Under the pieces are notes generated by a model. The model did not search any database, was not told the DNA's origin, and worked only from the letters and a program-made list of their open reading frames with translations. Made by a program: the position numbers and the translations under genes. Of a stretch of DNA of 64,000 bases, positions 26,673 through 40,294 are shown piece after piece; within the stretch, counting starts at the first letter, position 1; the number at the start of each line of letters is the position of its first letter. The DNA is from Camelus dromedarius (taxonomy: Eukaryota), in contig NC_087472.1 in the NCBI RefSeq assembly GCF_036321535.1, positions 92,134,001 to 92,198,000 of the forward strand, written 5' to 3'.

Positions 26673-26867
26673 TGTTATTTCTGTTGTGATGTTATAAAGC
26701 AAGTAACTGGTCTAAAGACCTTCATAAGTGTCTAGCACTCCGAATGCAGTAAAATGATTTCACATTTATTTCATTATCTCACAACATATACTTGATTTTT
26801 TGTTTATATGATATTATGCTAACTCTAGAGACCGAGCTGTACTAATGCCTTTTGTTAAAACTGTTGT

Positions 26868-27077
26868 TTTTTATTTTTATTTTATTTTTTATTGAGTTAT
26901 AGTCAATTTACAATGTGGTGTCAATTTCTGGTGTACAGCACAATTTTTCAGTCATACATGAATATACATATATTCATAGTCTTTTTTTTCATTTTTCATA
27001 TTCTTCTTCACCGTGAGCTACCACAAGATCTTGAATATATTTCCCTGTGCTATACAGTGTAAACTTGTTTATCTATT
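26868..27077 (-). mobile_element. short camelid L1 3' end inserted at the tail of an older L1
   Basis: Antisense 3' UTR; flanking ctgttgt(t/c)tttt at 26861 and 27078. Confidence 0.85.
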
Positions 27078-27084
27078 CTGTTGT

Positions 27085-28462
27085 CTTTTTAAAATGAAGT
27101 ATAGTTAATTAGGGCCACTTCAGCCATCGCACTTTGCACTTTGGTTTCCGAATGAGGTGTGAGATGATATCTCATTGTTTTCTTGATTTGCATTTCTCTG
27201 GTGATTAGTAATGTTGAGTATCTTTTCACATGCCTGTTTGCTATCTGTATATCTTCTTTGGAAAAATATTTATTCAGAACTCTTGTCCATTTTTGACTCG
27301 ATTGCTTGGTTTTTTGATATTGAGATGCATGATCTGTTTTATATTTTCAACATTAATCCCACGTTGGTCACATCATTTGCAAATACTTTCTCCCTTTCTG
27401 CAGTTCAGCTTTTCATTGTGTTGATACTTTCCCTTGCCGTAAAAAAGCTTTTAAGTTTTACTAGGCCCTGTTTGTTTATTTTTGCTTTTATTTCCTTTGC
27501 CTTAGGAGGGAGATCCAAAAATATTGCTATGATTTATGTTAAATATTGTTTTATGTTCTCTTCTAGTTTTATGGCTTCAGGTCTTACTCTTAGGTCTTTA
27601 ATCGATTTTAAGTTTATTTTTGTATACAATGTGAGGAAATGTTCTAATTTCTTTCTTTTACAGGCAGCTGTTCAGTTTTCCCAGCACCACTTACTGAAGA
27701 GACTGTCTTTTCTCCATTGTATACTCTTGCCTCCGTTGTCTTGCATTTAATTCACCATAAGATTGTGGACTTATTTCTGGGCTCTCTATTCTGTTCCATT
27801 AATCTATGTGTCTGTTTTTGGCAGTACCAGGTTGTTCTGATTACTGTAGCTTTGTAGTATAGTCTGAAGTCAGGGAGTGTGATACTTCCAGCTTTTTTCT
27901 TTCTTTTTTCTAGATCTTTTTGGCTATTGGGGGTCTTCTGTGTTTCCATATAAACTTTAAAATTATCTGTTCTAGTTCTGTGAAAAATGCCATTGGTATT
28001 TTGATAGGGATTACATTCAATCTATACATTGCTTAGGGTAGTATGGTCTTTTTGATATTAGCTATTCCAACCCAAGAGCACGGGATAGCTTTCCATTTCT
28101 CAGGATCAACTTCAATTTCTTCCATCATTGTTTCATAGCTTTCAGAGTATAGTTCTTTCATTTTCTTGGTTACATTTATTACTAGATATTTTATTATTTT
28201 TGGTGTGATTTTTAAAATAATTTTTTTTACTTTTTCTTTCTGATATTTGATAATTAGTCTATACAAACACAGCAAATTTCTGTATATTAATCTTGTATCC
28301 TACAACCTCACTGAATTCATTTATTAGCTGTAATAGTTTTTTGGGTGAAGACTGTAGGCTTTTCTATGTAAAGTATCATGTCATCTGCAAACAGTTACAG
28401 TTTTACCTCTTCCCTTCTAATCTGGATAATTTTAATTGTTTTTCTTCTCTGATTGCTATGGA
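27085..28462 (-). mobile_element. L1 ORF2 3' portion (decayed, 3' UTR mostly deleted)
   Basis: ORF2 peptides KAGSITLPDFRLYYKATVIRTTWY and KYLVINVTKKMKELYSESYETMMEEIE...KWKAIPCSWVG. Confidence 0.92.
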
Positions 28463-28624
28463 AATTGTTGTCATTTTAACTGAGTGCTAAATGTCACTGT
28501 TCTTGTCATTTTTAGAGATTTAGTAGAGGCCTCATAAATCTGATTAAAATATACTACATACAAACTATTCAGACATCCTAAAGGAAAAGCAATGAAATAT
28601 CTATAAAAGTATTATGAGATAATA

Positions 28625-29318
28625 TGAAATAATTACTTCCCACCCACTACAATGGCCGTAATGAAAAAAAAAAAAAAGAAGCAAGTGCTAGTGACAATAT
28701 GGAGAAGCAGTGGAAATTTAAAGTGATGCAGTCACTTGGAAAAACAGTCTGGCAATTCCACAAGAGTTAAACATAAAGTTACCATTTGATCCAGCAATTC
28801 CACTCCTGGTATATACCTAAGAGAAAATAGTAACATATGTCCACAGAAAACCATACAGAAACCTTCATGGCAGCATTATTTACAAGAGTAAAAATGTAGA
28901 AACAACTTAACTGCCTATCAAATGATAAATAGATAAATAAAATGTGATATATGCATGCAGTATAATATTATTTGGAAATAAAAATAAATGAAATATTAAT
29001 ATATGCTACACATCATTGTATGACCCCTGAAAACACTAAGCTAAGAAGCCACTCAGAAAAGACTACATATTGTATGGTTCTATTTATGTGAAATGTCCAA
29101 AATAGGCAAATGTATAGAGACAAAGTAGATTAGTGTTTGCCTGGGGCTGGAAGGAGAAGAAAATGGGTAATGACACTAGTGGGTATGGGATTTTATTCTA
29201 AAATTAGGTTGTGATGGTGTTTGTGGAACCCTGTGAATATACTAAAAAACACTAAATTATGTGCTTGAAGTGGATAAATGGTGTGGTGTGTGCATTAGAT
29301 TTCAGTAAAGCGTTTTAC
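28625..29318 (+). mobile_element. L1MB-like 3' end
   Basis: ccagcaattccactcctgg; tatgtgaaatgtccaaaataggcaaatgtatagagacaaagtagattagtg. Confidence 0.85.
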
Positions 29319-30339
29319 AGAAATACATTTTAGGAAATATTAAAAGACGGGTTCTGACAAGTTCTTCTAGGTTTTGATTAGGCTGCTATGTACCTCTCGG
29401 CTGTTTATACAAGGATAAGAAATCTTCGGCAAATCAAGATGTCCAATAGTGTGGCTTTCTTTGGAGAGAGTTGGTAATATGCTGTGTTTCTGCAAGACTG
29501 ACAATCCCCTCCCTTTCTCTGCCCACCCTCTCTTGGGAGTCAGTTGGGTAGGGAAGAGGGCTGCTTCACTTCACCACAAACTTAGTGAGACATCCTCCAT
29601 AAGCGAAAACATTGATTTGGAGAGCTTAAAATATATCCCCTGGAGACTGATGGTCGTAGGGAAAATACAAATCAAGTGTCTGAGGTTGGAGTTTTACTAA
29701 TTGATGCCAGAGGAAATAGTTCCAGCTTCATGTGAGAAGGATTAATGCATTTATTGTGGGGTCACTGTCAACCTTGGGGGAGGATACTCAGTCCATTTCA
29801 AGACAGGTACCATCCAAGACACCTGCCTGGAGGGTACAGAGATTCCCAACTAAGAAACAGAATGAGACATCTGAAGATTTGATTGTTAGTGATGGAGGCA
29901 CTGTCCACATAAATTAAAGCTTTCAGTGAAAGATACCTAGAATTGAGGGTAATTGGGTTTCTGAAGAAGCAAAAAATATCCTAATCAGAGTACAAATAAG
30001 AATCTGCTGCGTCAGAGGACACCAAAGCCGAAATAATTCTACCAATCAAAAGAAGTTTCTTCATTCTTTCCTCTATTCTCTTCTCCTCCTAACCTTAGTA
30101 CTTTCACCAACTCCACCTACTCAAGCCTTGTAAGACAGAGTTCTACCCTTCTCAGTTGGAGAGGAGGAGGAGGAGCAGAACAAGGTGAGGAAGCAAGGAA
30201 GAGGGCATGAAGATCATACTCACTCTAATGCAGACTTTTCAGGCATAAAATAGTTCTGAACTGAGGAAGAAAAGTTGTTTACATTGGAAGAGACTTGGGG
30301 GTTTGATTGCTGATTGTCCTAGATTATAATTATCTCTGA

Positions 30340-30800
30340 GTTATGGGTTGAATTACATACCTCCTCAAAAAAGTTATGTTGAAGTCCTCCACAACCTCAG
30401 AATGTGATTTTATTTGGAAATAGGGTTGCTACAGATGTAATTAAGTTAAGATGAGGTCATGAGGGAGTGGGTGAGACTCTATTCCAATATGACTGATGTC
30501 CTAATAAAAAGATGGCCTTGTGAAGATAACAAGGCATAGGGAAGACACTATATGAAGATGGAAGTAGGGACTGTAGTGATGTAGCTACAAGCAAAGGAAT
30601 GACAAGGATTGCTGTCAACCAGCAGAAGTTAGGAAGAGGCAAGGAAAGATCATCCCCCAGATCCTTCAGAGAAGCACGGCCCTGCCAACATCTTGATCTT
30701 GGACTTCAAGCTTCTGGAACTGTGAGAGAATAAATTTCTATCCTTGCAAGCCAGCTAGTATGTGGCACTTTGTCATTGAAGCCTTAGGAAACTAATATAC
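30340..30800 (+). mobile_element. MaLR solo LTR (MLT1B/C-like)
   Basis: ttatgggttgaatt...ctcagaatgtgattttatttggaaatagggt...ccttaggaaactaatata. Confidence 0.9.
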
Positions 30801-31349
30801 TGTGAAACTGGTAAACTATGGAGTTGGCCTCTGGTTTCACTCATGGGTAGGGAAAGGACAAGCCATGACAACAGGTTTGAAGGGATAGTGTAAGAATGAA
30901 TATATGTTTTTCTGCTTGTACCCAACCAGATCTAGGTCATGCAATTAATCAGTTAAATTGTGACTATTTCAGAAATATGTTCAAAGCACCATGCACATGG
31001 CTAGTCCAGTCCTCATATTTATTTTCATTCCTCTTATGTAACACACACAACTTGTGTTTTTCATGGTGTTTGAGCTTCATTATTTGCTTCCAATCTCTCT
31101 GACTTTCCTTCGTATTTTTCAACATCACTTTTCGAAGTAACTGATTGTCATTTTCAAGAACAGATGGAAAACAGGAGTCCCTATAGTCCTGATTCTTCAA
31201 TGGCTGTAAAAAATTCAGGTTTGTTGGACCCACGGTACACATTAACCCAGCAGACTGGGGTACATCTTATAGTTCATGACAAAAAACAATCATCTATTAC
31301 AGACTGATTAAAAATGAAAAGTAATAATAACTGTAAGGGATGCAAACAT

Positions 31350-31550
31350 GATAAATAAAATGATCATTTTCTAGTACCAAGCTTTCAAAAGAATGATCTC
31401 TTTAAATCTAAGAAATTCTATGAGGACACACTATTATTGTCCCTATTTTACAGATGAGGAAACCTAGGCTTTGAATAAATAACTCATCCGAAGTTGCTGA
31501 GCTAGTAAATGGAAGAAATAATAATTCACTTTAGATCTTTCTAACCCTAG
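31350..31550 (-). mobile_element. MIR SINE
   Basis: Core ctattattgtccctattttacagatgaggaaacctaggct. Confidence 0.8.
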
Positions 31551-31599
31551 AAACAAAATTAAGGTGAAGACTTCATCATGATTATAGCTGCAATCACTC

Positions 31600-32118
31600 T
31601 GAGTGCTGACTGAAATACCAGGGGGACTTATTCAGCAGCTTTCTACTTCAGCAAGGCAGCAGATGCTGTGAGGTACTCACCAGCAACTCATTGGCATTCA
31701 TCATTTTTCACACATGCAGTCCTGTCTCCCTAATGTCAACTTTTGTTACTGGTTGCTTAGGGGAATCTAGTGGAGCACTGAGGCAGTCTGGAAATATCTA
31801 GAATTAATTGACATGCCCCAGAAGCCCTCAAATCAATGCCTGGGGGTCAGTGTACAAATACCTCATCCCCCTTTCTACCTGGGTAGGATAACTCTCTCGC
31901 ATGTATTACCCTGTCCCACAGAGTTCCCCACTGGGACTAAGCTCAAGTTCCCCTAGTGGTAACTTGGTTGATAATGTACCTGCTATTAGATGCCTTCCCC
32001 TCCCTATCTCATTTGCCCATACCTATTATTTCCTGGTACCCTCTCCCAAATAAATTACTTGCTCTGGAATCTTTGTCCCAGGATCTAGGGTCTGCTTGAT
32101 GGGGAACTAAAATCACAA
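31600..32118 (+). mobile_element. ERVL LTR (LTR16-like)
   Basis: cagagttccccactggga...cctagtggtaacttggttgataa...ctcccaaataaattacttgc...gtctgctt. Confidence 0.7.
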
Positions 32119-32189
32119 TAATCAATTAATGCAGTGACACTAAATCAGTGGAAATTCTGGTCACCACTTAATCTAAACAATATAACAAC

Positions 32190-33857
32190 AGAATGTAATC
32201 TCTATCAAAATACCAATGGCATTTTTCACAAAACTAGAACAAATAATTTTAAAATTTATATGGAAACACAAAATATCCTTAATAGCCAAAACAATCTTGA
32301 AAAAAAAAAAAAGAACAGAGCTGGTGGTATCATGCTCCCTGACTTCAGACTACACTACAAAATTACAGTAATCAAAACAGCGTGGTACTGACACAAAAAT
32401 ATATACAAAGATCAATGGAACAGAATAGAGAGCCCAGAAATAAACTCACACACTTATGGTCAGTTAATCTACAACTAAGGAGACAAGAGTATACAATGGA
32501 GAAAAGACAGTCTCTTCAATAAGTGGTGCTGGGGAAACTGGATAAGTACATGTAAAAGAATGATATTAGAGCATTTTCTCACACTATACACAAAAATAAA
32601 CTCAAAATGGATTAAAGACCTAATACCATAAAACTAGAAGAGAACATAGGTAGAATACTCTTGGACATAAATCGTAGCAAAAATCTTTTGGATTTGTCTC
32701 CTAAGGCAAAGAAAAAAATAAGCAAATGGGACCTAATTAAAATTAGAAGCTTTTGTATAGCAAAAGAAACAATACACAAGATGAAAAGACAACCTAACGA
32801 ATGGGAGAAAATATTTGCAAATGGTATGGCTGGTAAGGTGTTAGTATCTAAAATATAAAAATAGCTTATGCAACCCAATATTAAAAACAAATCAAACACC
32901 AGATTAATAAATGGGAAAAAGACTAAATAGACATTTTTCCAAAGAAGACATACAGATAGCCAATAGGCACATGAAAAGATGCTTAACATCACTAATCATG
33001 AGAGAAATGCAAATCAAAACCACAAGAAGGTACTACCTCACACTTCTCAGAATGGCCATCATCAAAAAGACCAGAAATAAATGTTGGCAAGGATGTGGAG
33101 AAAAGGGAACTTTGCAAACTATTGGTGGGAATGTAAATTGGTGCAGCCACTGTAGAAAACAGTATGAACGTTCTTCAAAAAATTAAAAATAGAACCACTA
33201 CATGATCCAGCAATTCCACTCCTGGGTATATATCCAGAAAAATGAAAACACTAATTCAAAAAGATACATGCACCCCAATGTTCACAGCAGTATTACTTAT
33301 AACTGTCAAGATATGGAAGCAATCTGAGTGTCTATCAACAGAAGAATGGATAAAGAAGATGTGACATATATCTCCCTCTATATATAACACATATACACAA
33401 TATAGACTTATATGTAAATATCTATATATCTATATCTCTATATAAATACTACTCAGCCATAAAAAGAATGATATTTTGCCATTTGCAACGACATAAGTTT
33501 AGTGAAATAAGTCAGACAGAGAAAGACAAATACTGTACATTATCACTTTTATGTGAAACCTAAAAAATAAAACAAATGAATTAATATAACAGAACAGAAA
33601 CAGACTCACAGATATAGAAACCAAACTAGTAGTTACCAATGGGTAGAGGGAAGGGGTGGAGACAAGATAGGGGTAGGGGATTAAGAGGTACAAACTACTA
33701 TGCATAAAATAAGTAAGCTACAAGGATATATTGTACAGGACAGGGAATATAGCCAATATTGTGTAACTTTAAATGGAGTATAATCTATAAACACATGGAA
33801 TCACTATGTTATAACCTAAAATTAATATTTTAAATCAACTACACAATAAAAATAAAA
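32190..33857 (+). mobile_element. L1 ORF2 3' portion and 3' UTR (about 1.7 kb, decayed)
   Basis: [56 protein letters not shown]; 3' UTR and aataaa tail. Confidence 0.95.
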
Positions 33858-33939
33858 ACTGTTTTAGTCTTTAAATGAGAGGTAATTAAGTATTCTTAAG
33901 TAGTAGTTTGTCTACCTTTTCCATAAAGCTGCCATGCTA

Positions 33940-34067
33940 TGGTACACTCTGCTGAATTCAACAAAACACCCAGACTTTGGACCAACAGAAACTGAGATAA
34001 TCAATGGGTGTTGTTTTAAGCTACTAAATTTGTGGTAATTTTTTGCACAGTAATAGAAAACTAATGT
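33940..34067 (+). mobile_element. MLT1 LTR 3' fragment
   Basis: gggtgttgttttaagctactaaatttgtggtaatt...cagtaatagaaaactaat. Confidence 0.75.
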
Positions 34068-34074
34068 GTTAATT

Positions 34075-35950
34075 TTGAATACTTGGATAATGTGATGTCC
34101 AATTTCTTCTTATTTCCTTTAATTTTTTTTAATGCAAAGGTAGCATACTAGAGAAACTTCCTTTCACTTAGAAATTACTCACATATAAGTTAATAAAGAC
34201 TCATTAATTTATAGTTGGCTACTACTTCATTGTGTGTATGCACTATGGTTTATGTTTTGCTATTTAAGTAGATTCCAGTATTTCACCGTTGCAAGTAATA
34301 CTTAAATGAATAACTTTGTACATATGCATGATTGCATTATAGAAGGTTAATTCCTAGAAATGAGATTGCCAGGTGAAAATGCAATTGTATATTTACTTTT
34401 ATTAGATGTTGCCAACTTCTCCTCCAATTGTTGTGGGCCATTTTTGAATTCCAACAATTTAGGAGACTACCTATTTCTCTACAGCTTCCTTAACAGAGTA
34501 TATCATCAAGTTTTCAAATTTTTGCCAATCTTATGGGTGAAAACAGTACCTCATTATAATTTTTATAGGCAGTTCTTTCATTGAGAGTGAAAGCAATCAT
34601 TTTCATATGATTAAGGATAATTTTCATATTTTTGGTAAATTATTTGTTTTCATGTATTTTTAATAGGACTTTTGTTTCCCACTCAAAATGTTAAAGTTCT
34701 TTATATATTAGGAATGGTAAACCTATGTGATATATGTCACATAATTTTCCCTCCATTTTCATTTGTGTTTTGATTTTTCCTTGTGAAAGTTCTTTTGTGT
34801 GTAGTCAAATTTATTTTCAAATTTGTGCCTTCTGAATTTTGAGTCACAGAATGTCTTTCGCTATACTCAGTTTATAAAGGAATTCACCAATATTTTCTTC
34901 TAGTACTCATATAGATTTATTTTGTACATTTAGCTTCCTGATTTATTTAGGGTTTATTCTTATGTGTGGATTGAGAAAGAAACTGAATTACTTCTTTTTA
35001 CAAGCACTATTTACTATTAAATTCACCTTTGTCTCAGTGATTTGAGATGCCACCTTTATTATGTATTATAATTCCTTATGTATTTGGGTCCATTTCTGGA
35101 CTTTTGATTTTGTACCACTGGTCTGTCTAGTCATGTGCCATTAACATTCTTAATTACTGAGGCATTGTAGCATGTTCTAATATCTTATAAGGCTAGTCAT
35201 CCTCATAGCTTTTCCTTTTCAGTGTTTTCCCAGATATTTTTTGCTCTTATTTTTCCACATAAACCTTAGTTTCAATTTATCTAGCTCCATATAACAAAGT
35301 GTATTGCTATTTTATGGGGATCACATTAAATTTATAAATTCATTTAGGGAGAACAGACATGTTTGCTGCTGTTGAGATGTCTAATCAAAAAATAAGAGAT
35401 GTTCTTTATGTTCAAGTCTACTTTTTGTCTTTCAGAAGGGCTTTCTAGTTTCTTACAGGTTTCACACTTTTCTACTAAGTTTACTCCTATTTTATCTTTT
35501 GTGCTGCTCTTGTAATAAGATTTCACAACTAATTCTGAAAAAAATTTCCAACTTCTTATCTGTTATTATTTTTTGCATATGATGGGTATCATTTTTTTGC
35601 TTTTCAATTTATATATTGCCAACTTGTTGAATTATTTCATTAATTGAGTTAAGAATACCTTTTATTCTCTAGGATTTTCCAGGTATACTATCATTTTTTT
35701 TACTTCTTTTCTAAATATTATGCCTCTAATTGATTTATCTTACCTAATTTAATTCCTTTCTTGTTCCCAACTTTGGCATCTATGGAGTAAGTGTAAATTT
35801 TTCTCTTAGACCTATTAGTATAATGAAGTACATTAATAGGTTTTCCAGTACTAAACCATTCTTGCAATTCTACTTGGTCATATTGGATTGTTTTCATAAT
35901 GTGGTATTGGAGACTCTTCAATTATATATTTTTTGGATTATTTCTGGATG
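34075..35950 (-). mobile_element. ancient L1 (L1MC/L1ME-like)
   Basis: Decayed antisense ORF2 (IQYDQVELQEWFSTGKPINVLHYTNRSK; tttgggtccatttctggact) and 3' UTR. Confidence 0.75.
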
Positions 35951-37271
35951 CAATATATTTTGAATCCTCAATGCTATGATGAAGACATGGTTATGGAGAA
36001 TTCAAAATACTCCTATTTGTAAACAATGATGTATGTGTGTATATATAATTCAACTTTATTAATCCCTTGTCAGTGGTCCTACTTTTATCATTTTTTCTTT
36101 CACCTTGTTCTGTGAAGATTCATTTAGTATTTCTTTTATTAATTATATTCCCTTACATCCAGCACTTCCACGCATTGTACACTGACATTCTAAACTCCCT
36201 TCCCTGCTCTGTTTGCAGACTTCCACACATATCTGCTAAAGATGATGGTGAGCTACCATATTCCAGCACATCAAAGTGTGGTTACTTCACACCTGCTGAT
36301 CCCTGCCAGTAAAAAATGATCAGCCTCAGCTGAGGTGTCAGTGCTTTCTGTATAGGCTTTCTGAAATAAGCTGCCAGCCAATTGTCTAAAAAGACCCTTA
36401 CTTCAACCATTCCACTCTATCTCCCTTATCTACAACTTTCCCCCAGCCCCAAGTCTCCCTGTGGAATTTCCTGTTTCGCCTTAATGCCCCAAGTCACTCA
36501 GATTCACAGCAGCAAGCAACTGCTAAAGCACCAATATTTAGTTGAGAGGCCTCCTGGGGCTTGGAGCTTGGGAGTACAGTGCTTTCTTGGCCCTGCAAGG
36601 TGAAAAGCTTATCAATCTGCTCAAATGAGCTACCATGTCCTTGCAATAAGTTTTAACGTTAGGGACTTAGCTGCCTATGACATGGCACTCTGCCTCTAGT
36701 TCCAATGGCTTTCTGAATAGGATTTGCCTTCCCTAGAACCTCTGGGGATTTCTGATGAAAGCCCCCTACTTACCACATTTTTGGAAATAAAAAGTAATGA
36801 TGCCATTTGTAATTAATGAATTTTTCAATCTTATAGCTCAGCCTTCTCAATAGTCTCAACAGTTGAAAGTCTTCATTCTTCTAAGAACTGCTTTCAACTT
36901 TAGAAGCAGAATTCATTGAGAATCAGATTCCGTAAGAGATTAAGTGGTATATTAGTAATATTACTTTTGGCCAAAAATGAGGTTTTAACTATAAAGAAAT
37001 GAGTCTTTATTTTCTGGTTCATAAATTGGCCTGTGAAAGTAATTCTAAAAAGGAAGACTGTTGTGTATTTGGATTAGCTAATGAGTCATGGGAATAAAGA
37101 AGTGTGGCTTTTCTGAGATGACCCTAATAATTTAGATGCATAGGTTCTACTTGGTATGTTTATTTTAAAAATCTAACGGCAATTACATCATCTGTCAATT
37201 TACAATAGTGGTCAAAAGTGAAACACTGCTGACATTACTCCTCTCGGAACTTTATGTTTTCAGGTTTATAC

Positions 37272-37340
37272 TGGAAGCTTTATAGATGCACACAAAGCTA
37301 GCTACAATGGCAACGATAATCATCATAGAATATGCACAAA
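37272..37340 (-). pseudogene. candidate exon encoding a hydrophobic signal-peptide/TM-like segment
   Basis: Strong acceptor ggatttttgcttttcag|; ATG at 37326; MMIIVAIVASFVCIYKAS; weak phase-1 donor CCA|gtataa (read-through gives SINLKT* ending at 37252). Confidence 0.3.
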
Positions 37341-40294
37341 CTGAAAAGCAAAAATCCGCTTTTAAGGGCCACTGTAAAATTGATATTAATATATTCTCAT
37401 TCAATATTAAACTGCTTCTATATAGTGCTGTAGTGTAATGAATCAGAGATTAAAGTCATGCTTCTAATGAACTTAAATAGGATAAAAATTTCAATATATA
37501 TTTTTGAAGTTTAAAGACAATATAACGGTCAATAGTGTGTGAAATTTTGTTTGCTTATGTACTCTTCTTTTGAATTTTTTTTTACACTTTGTGTAAAAAT
37601 TGACAGTTAATTAACAACCTAGTCCAAGAGAAGTGTTTCTAGTGCTAATAAACAAAAGCTATTCTCAAAGAATATAAAATTTACCATGGACAGAAAAAAG
37701 TGAACTTTAGAGACAAATTACATAGAAATCATGTGATTAAAATACATAAGCTGACATAAAGATGTATGTGTAACTGCATATTATATATAATTTAAATCAA
37801 AGATTAAAATCCAGTGTATATAAATCTATAAACGTAATAAATATGTCTATATACATCTATAGATACATACAAAAATTTAATAAATATATATGTGACATAT
37901 ATACACAAATACATATGCATACTTAAATACATACATATATGTCTTATTATGTAATAAAGAGTTCTTGTAAAACAGTGAGTTTTTATATATTGCATGGCTT
38001 TATTAACTTACATAAATGTGACCTGGGAAGTGTTCTGAGAGTATTCATAAGAATAGATACTTCAAGTATGTAAAAATGAAACTCACATCAGAAAAAAATA
38101 TTATTTATAGCACTGTCCTGTAATGTACATTTGGAAAGATTTAGAAAACTATACATTCTAATGGCAACATAATCATCATAATAGATTATAGGGTATTATT
38201 GTTAAGGTGTCTATGTTTTTGGATTTGTAGACTCAGAAAGAAAGGAAATACAAGATTCCTGGATGAAATAGCATATGATATGCTATTTCAATACTGAAAG
38301 AAATGGAGATGAGTTAGGGAGTATTTTCCTCCCATGGGTAGATTTGAAATACATTTACCAAAGAAACAAAGAATAACTATATTTTATAACATGCACAGTT
38401 GGAAGAACAAGAGAAGCTAGTAAATTAAACTGTCATAGGAAATCAACTAGAATGTTAGAAATGCATATAACTTAACTAATGGCTGAGAAAAATATATTCA
38501 GTGCCAATGTAAAGTACTGGTCACATAACTTAAAACTCAGATTCAAACATGATGTACTCTGTTGCATTTTAATCTTTCTCAAGTTTCATTTTCTATCTAG
38601 CACATAGAAGACAGTGTCACCTTAAAAGTAGGTATCATCAGTGAAAGCTACATTCAATGTGTTTTGTTAAAGATACAACTACAGACGGTCTAATATTCTC
38701 AGTGATAATAAACCTAGTTTTATTTATCCTTTTAGTTTTTGGAAATTAATTTTATTTTCAAATTCATTCTGAAATGACTTGTCAAAATTTGAAAATAATC
38801 AAATTTAAATGCTTTTGGCTCAAGGTTATTTACATCTTGTATATTTTTCAGATAAAATGCAGTTCTTGTAAAAGTATGGTTTTCTTGTAATCAGAAGAAA
38901 TATGGGGAGAGAGGTATTTTCTTCATCAGATTTTATATTGAGACTGCAAATTCAATAGTAAAACAGTATGTTGAATTACTAAAAACCTGTCTCTGAAAAA
39001 CCTAAACATGTTATCTCTTTACCGTCAAAAAGCACATTTTAGTGGACTTAAAGTTTAAATCATGATGCCACAACAAAGTATTACAAAGTCATAATTTCCC
39101 TTAAGATAAAAGTAGAATAAGGATATAATATAGGAAACAGTCATTAGAATGTGTATTATAAAATTGGTTTAGAAACCCCAGTGTTATAATAATACAAACA
39201 TGAGAAGGGGCTGTTTTTAACATACTTTAGTACAAATTACGTATTTTAATGAGCAGCTAAAGATAACTTCCAATATTAAAAGTACATGTTTTTTCCTGAA
39301 CTAAAATTATCAAATTCTAAAAATTCATCAATACAAGGAGCATAAACTAAAACGTTACCAACTACTACTAAGTATGTGTGCATGTGTATATATACAAATG
39401 AAAAGTTAAAAGTTAATTATTTATTTTGTTGGTGGGAGTCTTAAGGGCACTTAAAATGGAATTTATATACCTATAACACTAAATGCCATTAACCCAATAC
39501 AATAGGTACATGCTTTCATGAAAATGGACAGTAAGAAATACAAGAGGCTCTGATTCCTTTTCAGTATGATTGGTTCCTTTGAGGGAATTATAAATAGTGA
39601 ACAGAGAACTGTTTAACTGAAAATTGACTCTTCATGGATATGTGATTAACTCTTTTGGGCAATAAAAATTAACATTTAACACTGTCATGTTTTAACAATG
39701 CTCTGAGGGTCTTGGGATAGAAACAGACAACAGCTATGTCTGTGACAAAGGATTAATTTGTCATGGTGGTGGGTTTTGGATTGCCCATGGCATGGATTGC
39801 AAACCTAAATGAATGGTCAAATTAGTCTAAAATCCACAAAGGCTGATAAATACTGTAGTGGCCTCTAAAAGGATATGCAGTTCTACTATACATGCATAAC
39901 AGAGCTGTAATCAGACAATAGTGATATTAGCAAACTGTCAACTTGGCCACTTCCTTCTCAAAGAAGGAATAAGACACATACAACAGAGGAAACACCACAG
40001 AAAAAAGTAAACTTGCAGGTAACTGGAAAGAGAGGCATCAAGAGAAACCAGAAACAATTTAAAAAGATGGTATCTTGAGACGAGAAATAAAAGTGCATTT
40101 TCCCCTCTTGCCCATTATCAGGTTTTAAGGAGTGTATAGGAGAATTTAAAGTGTTAAAAGGAGCCAAAATATGGCCTATGATTTGATTAACTAGGTTGAA
40201 CTCTAGGGGTCCTGGAAGTACTAGAGGTGATATCTACCATACAAACCCCAAAAAGCTAAGAGCCAAGACCACCACTTCATGCACAATGGCATCA

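Noticed and set aside
27211..27750. 179-aa hydrophobic ORF resembling a membrane protein (similar ones at 32612-32992, 23631-23972, 52436-52798)
   Set aside because: Antisense reading of A-rich L1 sequence gives Phe/Leu/Ile-rich pseudo-TM peptides
37264..37344. Plus-strand terminal-exon candidate VYTGSFIDAHKASYNGNDNHHRICTN* after tttatgttttcag
   Set aside because: No compatible upstream plus-strand coding exons found; it overlaps the minus-strand candidate and has no recognised homology
39870..40022. Strong minus-strand acceptor followed by hydrophobic peptides
   Set aside because: All three frames stop within about 32 codons and there is no convincing donor; T-richness explains the hydrophobicity
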